A stretch of 18,407 nt of DNA. Source: Pseudomonadota bacterium. Its GTDB lineage: Bacteria > Bdellovibrionota_B > Oligoflexia > Oligoflexales > CAIMVM01. This document shows positions 7,400-15,691 of the stretch, in pieces. The stretch covers positions 1 to 18,407 of the forward strand of contig JBAXBA010000073.1 of NCBI GenBank assembly GCA_037142195.1, written 5' to 3'. The notes beneath the pieces were generated by a model, which was not told where the DNA came from, made no database searches, and saw only the letters and a list, made by a program, of their open reading frames with translations. The translations under genes and the position numbers were made by a program. Numbering within the stretch: position 1 is the first letter of the stretch; the number at the start of each line of letters is the position of its first letter.

Positions 7400-9172
7400 T
7401 CAGACTAAACCCTCAAATACACGATTTAAATCTCCTGAGATAAAATCATTTTCTACGATATTTACCAGAACATAGGTAGCGTGAACCCTCTCAAAAAGTT
7501 TTCTGGACGGTGAGCCTTTTTCATAAATGTAAGCCCAATCATTGAGCCACAAATCAAAGGCTTCATCGCGCCAAATTTTAAAGCTAGCGGTGTCGACGAC
7601 TGTAGGTTGGACGATTTCTTTTCCTGGAAAGACTCCCCATGTGACCGCATTGGCAGCTCCTTCGGCCATATTGGAATCGTAGTCACCACTAAAGTCGACC
7701 GCTTGCCAAGTCATCGAAGGAAAGGCCTTAAGATTCGCCTTTAAAGCTTTCCACTTTGCGGGTGTGGTGAAAAATTCTAAATAAGCCTTTTGAAAGACGA
7801 AGCCGCCCGGGCCGCCCCAACCTACTGCGGGATGGGTGCTTGGGGAGCCATTCACTTGCGGCTGGCTGTTAATGGTTAAAAACCCTGCACGATTTAATGC
7901 CACCAGAGTTTCGGTAATGGGGCTGGATTCTGCTTGGAGGCCCACGTCGGACCATGGAAGCCGGTCTACGGTTCCTAGGCAGTATTTCGCAAATACCTCA
8001 TAGAGTTCGGTTTCATTTTTGGGCTCACCCCAAATCTCTCTACGCTCTTCTTGGGCCTTCGTGCTCGAGCGACCACTCCGCAGGAGATGGTAATCCGATA
8101 GCTCGCCAAAGGTGGGACTTCTGGAATCGCCCCAGCGACCATTAGGAAAGTCATCCCAGGTGGAAGTTCGTGCCAGATAACTAGCGGTGCGGTTTGACCA
8201 GTAGATAGGCCTAATTTCTTCTGTTTGTTGGCGACCGTCGGTTGTGGCTTGGCGCCAAGGAAATGCTTTCCGTTCGCGAGAATCTTCAGTGAGCTTAAGG
8301 CGAACAAGCACTTCCGTGACGGAATTCTCTAAGTTTAAGGTGTAAAAATGAATGCCTGGCACGCCTGCAGAAAGAAGCTCTTCACAGATTTCGACGCAGT
8401 GTTCAATACCGACTTGCATGACTTTCGAATCGTCACTTTTGATGGGTTCTAGGCGAGATTTCAGGGAGTCTGGCACGGCGACACCGCAGAAATCGGTAAA
8501 CTTAATAAATCTCGAGTAGTTATGAATAGGCATGATGCCTGGAATGATAGGGACGGAAATGCCAATCTCTTTTGCGTAATCTCGAAACCGCAAAAAAGCC
8601 TTTGCATCGTAAAAAAGTTGAGTGATGACAAAGTCTGCCCCATGATCGACTTTTTCCTTTAAAAAATGGACATCCCGCTGCCAGTTCCCACCAGATTCTT
8701 GGTGGGCCTCCGGGTAGCCGGCCACACCTATAGAAAAGTCCTGTTGGAAATTTTTTCTTATAAAAGCTACGAGATCCTTAGCATGCTGAAACTCGCCGTC
8801 AGCCTTTGGGGAGCTTTCTGAAGTTTGCGGAGCATCACCTCTGAGGGCTAAAATATTCTTGATGCCGTGGGATTTAGCAGCAGTTAATGCTTCCAAGATA
8901 GATTTTTGAGTCATATTGACACAAGTCAAATGCATCATCACGTCGAGCCCAAAAAACTTCTGAATCTTTCCGGACATTTCTAGGGTGAGGTCTGCCGTCG
9001 AGCCGCCTGCCCCCCAAGTGATATCCACAAAGGCCGGCTCTAAGTTCGCCATGCGCTCCATGCGGGAATATAGGTTTTCTAGGCCAAAGTCCGTCTTCGG
9101 CGGGAAGTATTCAAATGAGTAAAAAGGTCGGCTTTGCTTGGCAAAGTTGGAAATCTTATCAGTAATTTTCAT
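7400..9172 (-). CDS. metF: 5,10-methylenetetrahydrofolate reductase, eukaryotic-type two-domain form with C-terminal regulatory domain
   Basis: Catalytic motifs SFEYFPPKT, DITWGAGGST, MMHLTC, ILALRGD, VAGYPEAH, GADFVITQLFYD and HFYTLN. Regulatory-domain motifs RPIYW, WDDFPNGRWGDSRSP, LPW, TINSQP, FQKAYLEFF and NAVTWGVFPGKEIVQPTVVD. Confidence 0.96.
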   Translation of the reverse strand: MKITDKISNFAKQSRPFYSFEYFPPKTDFGLENLYSRMERMANLEPAFVDITWGAGGSTADLTLEMSGKIQKFFGLDVMMHLTCVNMTQKSILEALTAAKSHGIKNILALRGDAPQTSESSPKADGEFQHAKDLVAFIRKNFQQDFSIGVAGYPEAHQESGGNWQRDVHFLKEKVDHGADFVITQLFYDAKAFLRFRDYAKEIGISVPIIPGIMPIHNYSRFIKFTDFCGVAVPDSLKSRLEPIKSDDSKVMQVGIEHCVEICEELLSAGVPGIHFYTLNLENSVTEVLVRLKLTEDSRERKAFPWRQATTDGRQQTEEIRPIYWSNRTASYLARTSTWDDFPNGRWGDSRSPTFGELSDYHLLRSGRSSTKAQEERREIWGEPKNETELYEVFAKYCLGTVDRLPWSDVGLQAESSPITETLVALNRAGFLTINSQPQVNGSPSTHPAVGWGGPGGFVFQKAYLEFFTTPAKWKALKANLKAFPSMTWQAVDFSGDYDSNMAEGAANAVTWGVFPGKEIVQPTVVDTASFKIWRDEAFDLWLNDWAYIYEKGSPSRKLFERVHATYVLVNIVENDFISGDLNRVFEGLV

Positions 9173-9223
9173 CGGGTTACGTGTGACCTCTGGCGGGTTA
9201 AATCTAAGAAAGCCTATTTTAGG

Positions 9224-9251
9224 AGCTTATCATACACATGGCACAGGCCAA
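9224..9251 (-). promoter_or_regulatory. Putative sigma70 promoter for MTHFR
   Basis: On the minus strand, TTGGCC, a 16-nt spacer, then TAAGCT with an extended -10 TG, about 50 nt upstream of the ATG. Confidence 0.4.
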
Positions 9252-9348
9252 GCAGAAAATGCGACCTTCTTCCTTGTGGATTCCCGGTGTTTTCTGATAC
9301 ATAGGAACTGAAAATGCCATGCACACCCGAGCCACGGAGCAGCCACTC

Positions 9349-9900
9349 ATGATCCTAACTGATCAAATGATATTGAATGCCATAGAAGCAAAGTCGATCG
9401 TCATTGAACCCTTTAAACGCTCCTGCCTAGGTAGCAACAGCTATGATGTTCATTTAGGGAAGTGGCTGGGAACCTACCATAGCGAGGTTCTTGATGCAAA
9501 ACTTCACAACCAAATCGGGCTTATAGAAATTCCAGAAGAGGGCATCGTCTTACAACCCCACGAGTTCTACTTAGGAGTCACTGAGGAGTACACGGAATCC
9601 CATGCCCATGTGCCGTTTCTTGAAGGCAAGTCGTCCATTGGGCGCCTTGGTATCGACATTCACGCTACAGCAGGCAAAGGTGATATTGGGTTTTGTAATA
9701 CGTGGACCCTTGAAATTTCCGTCAAGAAGCCTGTTCGCGTGTATCGCGGCATGCCCATCGGCCAGCTCATCTATTTTGAAGTTTCTGGCTCCGTGGTAAC
9801 TCCTTACCATACGAAGCGAAATGCCAAATATTCTCGTCGCGGCGAACACCCCGTAGAATCCATGATGTTTAAAAACTTTGAAGATTTATCTCTAAACTAA
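9349..9900 (+). CDS. dcd: dCTP deaminase
   Basis: Motifs MILTD, SYDVHLG, LEGKSSIGRLGI, GDIGFCNTWTLEI and PIGQLIYF. GGAG lies upstream of ATG 9349. Confidence 0.93.
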   Translation: MILTDQMILNAIEAKSIVIEPFKRSCLGSNSYDVHLGKWLGTYHSEVLDAKLHNQIGLIEIPEEGIVLQPHEFYLGVTEEYTESHAHVPFLEGKSSIGRLGIDIHATAGKGDIGFCNTWTLEISVKKPVRVYRGMPIGQLIYFEVSGSVVTPYHTKRNAKYSRRGEHPVESMMFKNFEDLSLN

Positions 9901-9907
9901 ATCGATG

Positions 9908-9937
9908 AAAAACGAGCGGTAGTTCTGCTGCCGCTCG
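9908..9937 (-). terminator. Intrinsic terminator between convergent dcd and ABC-F genes
   Basis: CGAGCGGTAG-ttctg-CTGCCGCTCG hairpin preceded by AAAAA, which is a U-tract on the minus strand. Confidence 0.7.
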
Positions 9938-9972
9938 GATCCATGAGGAACTCATGTGAAAGCCGACCATGA

Positions 9973-11775
9973 CTAGGCGTCTAAGTTGGCTTTTTTCTCC
10001 TCTAAGTCAGCCCATCGCATATAAGTGCGTTCCAGAACATTTCTTTCCGTGGTGAGTTCTGCATAGAGCGATGCCGTTTCCGAGGCATTTCCATTTCCTG
10101 AAGACTGTTCCAAGCGGCGCTCTAAAATAAGAATTCTCTCTTCCGTCTTAGCGATGAGGCCTTCTGCTTCTTCCAACTCAAATTGTTCTTTAAAAGAAAG
10201 CTTTTTTTGCTTTCTCTCGCCCTTGCCTGAGGAAGGGGTTGTCTCGCGAGTTCCACCGCGGCCTTTAAAGACTTCTTTTTCCCACTGCTCATAGGATGCT
10301 ACAGCAGTAAATCCACCTTGGCCATCAATGCCCAGAAAGTGGGTGCAGACTTTTGTGAGGAGGTGGCGATCGTGAGACACCATAATGATCGCCCCTGGAA
10401 ACTCCAACAGGCTCGCTTCCAAGACTTCGAGGGTATCGATATCCAGGTCATTGGTGGGCTCATCTAAAATCAAGACGTCAGCGGACTTGAGCATTAGACG
10501 CGCTACTAGAAGGCGAGCACGTTCCCCCCCAGACAATTGAGCTACGGGGGTGTCTAGTTGATCATTGTCAAATTGAAAGCGTCTCGCCCACGACACAATG
10601 TGAAGACTCCGCCCTTGAAAGACGACTGCATCGCCTCCATCGCCTAAGGCACGTTTTAGAGTCCACGTGGGGTCAAGAGCTTCTCGATGCTGGTCAAAAT
10701 AAACGACCGAGAGATCTTGGGCGTATTTGATCTCGCCACCACTGGGCGCGAGCTCCCTGGATATGGTCTTTAAAAGACTCGATTTCCCACTGCCGTTCTT
10801 TCCAATGATGCCCGTACGACTGCGTGCAGCAATGGTATAAGACATGCTGTTGATCAGGGTCCTATCTCCTCGAGTCACCTTAAGGTCGATGAGTTCCACA
10901 AGCTTCTTGGTTTTTCGACCGGAAGCACTAAATTCGATATCGCTTTGTTGGGTTCGGTTAAGCCGACCTTTGAGTTCAGATAAATCTGCTTGAAGCCGCA
11001 TTGCTTCATCGATGCGAGCTTGCTGCTTGGTAGTTCGCGCCTTAGGGCCTTTTAAGAGCCATTCGTTCTCACGTCGGACTTTGTTGGCTAGGGATTGGCT
11101 TTCTGATTTTTGCGCCTCAATCCAAAGACCGCGCTTTTCAATGTGGGTGGAATAGCCGCCATTGGTCTGAAAGAAGTATCCAGGAAAAACACCAGACAGC
11201 TCCACTATGGTTTTTGCAGTGCGGTCCAAGAAAAACCGGTCGTGACTGATCAGTACCCAAGCGAAGGTAGACTCTTTTAAGATGCCTTCTAGCCAAATGA
11301 TGCCTTCCAAGTCAAGGTGGTTGGTAGGCTCATCTAGAAAAACGAGGTCTGGCCTTTCCAGAAACATGCGCGATAAATGAAGTCTTTTCTTTTGGCCACC
11401 AGAGAGGGACGATGCCAATACCTCAGGATCCAAAATATGAGACTTTCCAAGGGCCGAAGCAATAAGCCCGGTCGCCTCATCGGGAGCAAGTCCTGACGCC
11501 ACGGCGTGCTTAAACAAAAACTCTCGAGCCGTTACATTTTCAGGGACTGTACTATCCTGATCGATCCATAATGTTTTAAGTCCTCTTTTGCGGCTTAAGG
11601 TGCCGTCATCCAGGTCCTCTAGTCCGACTAAAATCTTCAAAAGAGTCGATTTGCCCGCGCCGTTAGGGCCAATCAGGCCAATGCCAGCATCCTCGTCGAT
11701 CGAAAAGCTGAAATCGCTAAATAGTGGTTCGGATCCAAATCTTTTGCTAATGTCTTTCACGCTAACGAGGGCCAA
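9973..11775 (-). CDS. uup: ABC-F family ATPase, Uup-like
   Basis: Two ABC domains (GPNGAGKS / LSGGQ / LDEPTNHLD and GKNGSGKS / LSGGE / LDEPTNDLD), linker GPKARTTKQQAR, and a C-terminal coiled coil KKLSFKEQ...RWADLE. No TM segments. TTG start with an AAGGAG RBS. Confidence 0.92.
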   Translation of the reverse strand: MALVSVKDISKRFGSEPLFSDFSFSIDEDAGIGLIGPNGAGKSTLLKILVGLEDLDDGTLSRKRGLKTLWIDQDSTVPENVTAREFLFKHAVASGLAPDEATGLIASALGKSHILDPEVLASSLSGGQKKRLHLSRMFLERPDLVFLDEPTNHLDLEGIIWLEGILKESTFAWVLISHDRFFLDRTAKTIVELSGVFPGYFFQTNGGYSTHIEKRGLWIEAQKSESQSLANKVRRENEWLLKGPKARTTKQQARIDEAMRLQADLSELKGRLNRTQQSDIEFSASGRKTKKLVELIDLKVTRGDRTLINSMSYTIAARSRTGIIGKNGSGKSSLLKTISRELAPSGGEIKYAQDLSVVYFDQHREALDPTWTLKRALGDGGDAVVFQGRSLHIVSWARRFQFDNDQLDTPVAQLSGGERARLLVARLMLKSADVLILDEPTNDLDIDTLEVLEASLLEFPGAIIMVSHDRHLLTKVCTHFLGIDGQGGFTAVASYEQWEKEVFKGRGGTRETTPSSGKGERKQKKLSFKEQFELEEAEGLIAKTEERILILERRLEQSSGNGNASETASLYAELTTERNVLERTYMRWADLEEKKANLDA

Positions 11776-11855
11776 GTTCTACTCCTTCAGGTCTCTGAGA
11801 AGCAGCTTGAGGCCGCGAAACAAGACTTAGGTCAAATTTAAAGGGAAGGTCTATC

Positions 11856-12458
11856 ATGAAATCGTGGGTGATTGCATTGTTTTTGCTTGCGGAGGGAGCC
11901 CAGGCCCATTCCCAAAAAGGAAAGCCGATTTCCGACGCCATTTCGGTAGTGCCTTCTGGTGGCATTCAGCTTGAGTCTTTTCAGCTTACAGACCTTTCAG
12001 GGGCTAAAATTTCCTTTCCTGATGTCGCTCGCGGCAAAACCGCCTTAGTTTATTTTGGTTTTACCACTTGCACTGATGCTTGCCCCCTTGCAGCAGCTTA
12101 TATAAAAGGGGAGCTAAATAGCCTTGCAAAATCGACCACATCTCCCAACCTCTACTTCATATCCGTGGACCCTGAGGCAGACACTCCCAAAAAAGTAAGC
12201 GCCTGGCTCAAGGTGTTTGATCCCAACTGGGTGGGACTTCTAGGGGATAAGGAAGCTCTGTCTCGAGCCGCTAGGCCGTTTGGCGCGAGCTTTGAAAAAG
12301 CCCTCCCAGAAGCAAAAGCAACAGAAAAAGTGCTTCATTCTTCCATAGTTTACCTAGTAACCCCTGAAGGCAAGTGGACCCAGTATCTGCGCTTGCCTGC
12401 CAAAAGAGGCGTTTTAAGTCGAGCTTTAGCCGACTTAACCCCCAAAAAAGCCAACTAA
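11856..12458 (+). CDS. SCO family copper chaperone / thioredoxin-like protein
   Basis: Signal peptide, YFGFTTCTDACP (CxxxC), FISVDPEADTP and the conserved His in HSSIVYLV. Confidence 0.92.
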   Translation: MKSWVIALFLLAEGAQAHSQKGKPISDAISVVPSGGIQLESFQLTDLSGAKISFPDVARGKTALVYFGFTTCTDACPLAAAYIKGELNSLAKSTTSPNLYFISVDPEADTPKKVSAWLKVFDPNWVGLLGDKEALSRAARPFGASFEKALPEAKATEKVLHSSIVYLVTPEGKWTQYLRLPAKRGVLSRALADLTPKKAN

Positions 12459-12539
12459 TTAGTTAATTTCCTTACTTTTTAAAAGGCGCTTGAACTATCT
12501 GGCGGGTTTTGATACCAAGGGGGCCTGTCGGAGGATTTC

Positions 12540-12851
12540 ATGAAAGTTCTAAACGTTAAGCAAAGAAAACACCTTAAAGGCCTGGCCCACCATCTAGATC
12601 CATTTTTACAAGTGGGAAAGAGCGGTTTGTCAGAACCTGTAGTGAAGGAGCTCACCAGAGCTTTATCCGACCATGAACTTGTGAAAACTCAAATCTTCGA
12701 AGATGATCGTGAGACTTTCTTAGAGCTAAGTAAAGAACTTGCCGAGAAGACCACTTCCCAATTGGTATTTACTATCGGACGAAAAGCAACCTTCTTTAAG
12801 CAATCTCCCATCCAAGATAAAAGAAAAATTTCAAGAGCGCTTCCCAAGTAA
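12540..12851 (+). CDS. yhbY: YhbY family CRM-domain RNA-binding protein
   Basis: KQRKHLKGLAHHLDP.LQVGKSG, ALSDHELVK and IGR; GGAGG RBS upstream. Confidence 0.92.
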   Translation: MKVLNVKQRKHLKGLAHHLDPFLQVGKSGLSEPVVKELTRALSDHELVKTQIFEDDRETFLELSKELAEKTTSQLVFTIGRKATFFKQSPIQDKRKISRALPK

Positions 12852-12880
12852 CCATGGTGAATGGAAAGTCCGTCTGAATC

Positions 12881-12905
12881 AAGCGAAGGAACCTTCGCTT
12901 TTTTT
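12881..12905 (+). terminator. Intrinsic terminator after yhbY
   Basis: AAGCGAAG-gaac-CTTCGCTT followed by TTTTT. Confidence 0.85.
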
Positions 12906-13505
12906 GTGCCCCTTTCCTAAGTCCTTTTCTTAAAGCTCGAGAGATTACGATCACCTCAAGGAATTTTCTGGCAAACGTTGAGAGACAGGGAGCGAGATTT
13001 TGCAAATCAAATCAATGCCTCGTAGTGCCTTCTGTCCTAGTCTTTGATAGGCGAAGGCCGATTTTTTAAACCATGGTAGCTAAGAATTCAGTAAAATCGA
13101 GGAAAGCCTAGAAAGCTCTTAGTAACTGACACAATGTCGTCTCCAATAGTATTTTAATACCATAAGAAAAAACATCACCTTGAAGAAAGATACTCTCGAC
13201 AGAGATGTGTTGAGATTTTCGATTTGAGATTTGTGAGGCATTGAGATTAAATGGGAATCGATTTGTTCCATCAGGGTTCCGAGAGGAGAAAGTACGGTCT
13301 CCTTTGGATCTATTTGACTCGAGCGTAGTTATGACGCATAGTAGTGTCTCTTAGTTTCCTAGAAAGTTTCATGCCATGATTGTAGACGAGCTCCTCGCCG
13401 AGGTAAGGCTTTTATATAATTGAGCTGAAACTTTGACCACAACAGGATTTCGATGTTAGGCCCTAAGAAAGTGCTAAGATATTAAGAAATTTTAAGGAGT
13501 TTGAA

Positions 13506-14303
13506 GTGTCAGAATCTCGCGACAAATATAGTCTCTATTTTAATTCTGTTCAAAATCCTGAGGCGGATATTGCCGTCATGAAACAAGCTTGGAAGGCTAG
13601 ATATAAGGGCGAAATGTTTAAAGTCCTTAGAGAAGATTTTTGCGGTACCTTTGCTAATACCGTGGCATGGGTCAAGCAGCACAAACTGAATCGCGGCATC
13701 GCTATTGATCTCGATAAATCTCCTATCGCCTACGGCAAAAAAAACTATCTGTCGACCTTAACGAAAGATCAGGAGTCCAGGGTCCAGATTTTAAACGAAA
13801 ATGTATTGAGCAGTAAGCTTCCCAAAGCTGATGTCATATTTGCCTTCAACTTCTCCTACTACTGCTTTCAAGAGAGGAAAATAGTTAAGGCCTATTTTAA
13901 AGAAGTCTACAAGAAACTAAATTCCAAAGGAATGTTTCTCATGGATTGCTTTGGCGGTTCTTTGACCCAATTGACCAATGACTATAGCGTGTATTTCCCG
14001 TCGAAAAAATACACCTATCATTTTGAACAGCTGTCCTTTGATCCGATCAATTCACGGGCAAAGCTTGCCATTCACTTTCGATTTAAAAAAGGCAAGCCCC
14101 TCAACAACGCATTTGTTTACGACTGGCGGATGTGGAGCATTCCTGAGCTTCGCGAAATCCTAGAAGAAGTAGGATTTAAAACGAGCACGGTTTTATGGGA
14201 AGGGCTTACGAAGTCAGGGGATGGAAATGGCAAATACCTGCCCAAGAAAACTGGGGAAGAATGTGAATCTTGGATTGCCTATATAGCAGCCTATAAGAGC
14301 TAG
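13506..14303 (+). CDS. Putative class I SAM-dependent methyltransferase (REDFCGT family)
   Basis: LY..SVQ.PEADI, VLREDFCGT as a motif-I variant, AIDLD, ADVIFAFNFSY, GMFLMDCFGG and FVYDWRMWSIPELRE. GTG start with an AAGGAG RBS. Confidence 0.8.
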   Translation: MSESRDKYSLYFNSVQNPEADIAVMKQAWKARYKGEMFKVLREDFCGTFANTVAWVKQHKLNRGIAIDLDKSPIAYGKKNYLSTLTKDQESRVQILNENVLSSKLPKADVIFAFNFSYYCFQERKIVKAYFKEVYKKLNSKGMFLMDCFGGSLTQLTNDYSVYFPSKKYTYHFEQLSFDPINSRAKLAIHFRFKKGKPLNNAFVYDWRMWSIPELREILEEVGFKTSTVLWEGLTKSGDGNGKYLPKKTGEECESWIAYIAAYKS

Positions 14304-14341
14304 GTCGTCCCTGAGTGCCGCAAGGATTTTCTAAACGGAAG

Positions 14342-14375
14342 AAGGCCTCCCTAATCCTAGGGAGGCCTTTACTTT
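14342..14375 (+). terminator. Intrinsic terminator after the methyltransferase gene
   Basis: Perfect 12-bp stem AAGGCCTCCCTA-atcc-TAGGGAGGCCTT followed by TACTTT. Confidence 0.8.
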
Positions 14376-14767
14376 GATACCCATTTATTGCCATGATTGC
14401 GTTCTAAACGAAGGAGATTTTCGAGGACCTATGTCGAGAGACGCAGGCTTTCTTTTCATTTCTTCCCGGTTCTCCTAATGCGGAAAATGGGACTGCTCGA
14501 TAGAAATTCATTTCGTTTCATCGAACAAAAAGACACAAATTTATGGTTAGATGGCGCCTTTGTGCATCACTCCTTAAAAAATCATAAATTTTTGAAGACC
14601 AGACGGTAGAATTTTCTCTCCCGGCCCTACAAAAGCTCTAGACCGTATGTTTCAGTAGGCCATCTTGCAGATCTTCACTCCCAACTTTGGGCGGAGTCTG
14701 GGGGCGTTTTAGCAGAGCCCTCATTTCATCAAATTGGGCTCTACGAAACAGAGAGAGCGTCGTAAAA

Positions 14768-15295
14768 TTATATTTTTTTGTAGGTGCAGATTTCATGGAA
14801 AGTAGAAGGACTGTTGTTTTCGCTGGAAACAGAAGTGCTTGTTACTTTGGAAATGAGTTCTCCATTTGAGATTTCAAATGTTCCTTCAGCGGTGAGGGCG
14901 ATTTTGAAGGTTGAGTCTGGCTCGGTAGCCCACTTAGTTTCAAGCTTAGCTGAAAGCTGGATGGCGTTAAAGTTAGCATCCCATCCCATGCGTCGCGTGT
15001 ATCTTGTGGTGCTACCATCGGTAATGACGACTTCCTGACCAAAAGGAATGGTCTCTCCACCTAAATTGATAGATACGCAGTCTTCCTGGGCAATAACTAA
15101 GTCTTCTGTGGGTTCAGTTGCTCCCTCCGCAACACAGGATCCTCTCCAAGTTCCTGAGAAATTGGTACACGCTAAAAAAGCCTTTGCTTTTGAAGTCGTA
15201 ACTTTTGCTTGCGATCTTCCGTTTTCTGAGACGCCGGCTGCAATACTCATAGAGGAAATACCGCAAAAAACAGCACACAGGATTCTTGATTTCAT
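14768..15295 (-). CDS. Hypothetical secreted protein
   Basis: Signal-peptide-like N-terminus, CTNFSGTWRGSC motif, a beta-strand-like pattern, a terminal Cys and a GGAG RBS. Confidence 0.75.
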   Translation of the reverse strand: MKSRILCAVFCGISSMSIAAGVSENGRSQAKVTTSKAKAFLACTNFSGTWRGSCVAEGATEPTEDLVIAQEDCVSINLGGETIPFGQEVVITDGSTTRYTRRMGWDANFNAIQLSAKLETKWATEPDSTFKIALTAEGTFEISNGELISKVTSTSVSSENNSPSTFHEICTYKKI

Positions 15296-15691
15296 TTGAG
15301 AGGTCTCCGAAAAAATATAATGTGATAGTAGCTGACGGCTAATATCAGCGCACTGTTTTTTTTAATCAAGAAAAAGAGAGAAAAACATTTTATTATTGTT
15401 CGGAGGTGATCGCTTTCAAGAAGCAAAAAAACGCACAGAAGAAATGGGAGCGAGGTGCCTGTATAGATTCACAATGTGAGTTCAGGCCATAGAAATAAAT
15501 GGTTGTTCGACTTCGATGCGGCTCTTATTCCACGAATAAGAGTTCGGTGATGCTTTGGTGGTTATCGGGCTTTATCATAATAGGCTATTTCTTCTCCAGA
15601 ATGCCGGAGGTCGCGAGACAGACTGATTAGGTCGCATGGATAGAGACTAAATATCGCGACGCCCTGAGGAATAGATTGCGAATTTTGGTAG

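Noticed and set aside
7400..9172. Eukaryotic contamination as the explanation for the MTHFR
   Set aside because: The gene has no introns, has a bacterial-style promoter, looks compositionally like its neighbours and is continuous with bacterial genes. Read-level confirmation is still advisable.
12862..13110. GGAAAGTCC / GAGGAAAG as an RNase P RNA signature
   Set aside because: The matches are partial and the other conserved RNase P regions are missing.
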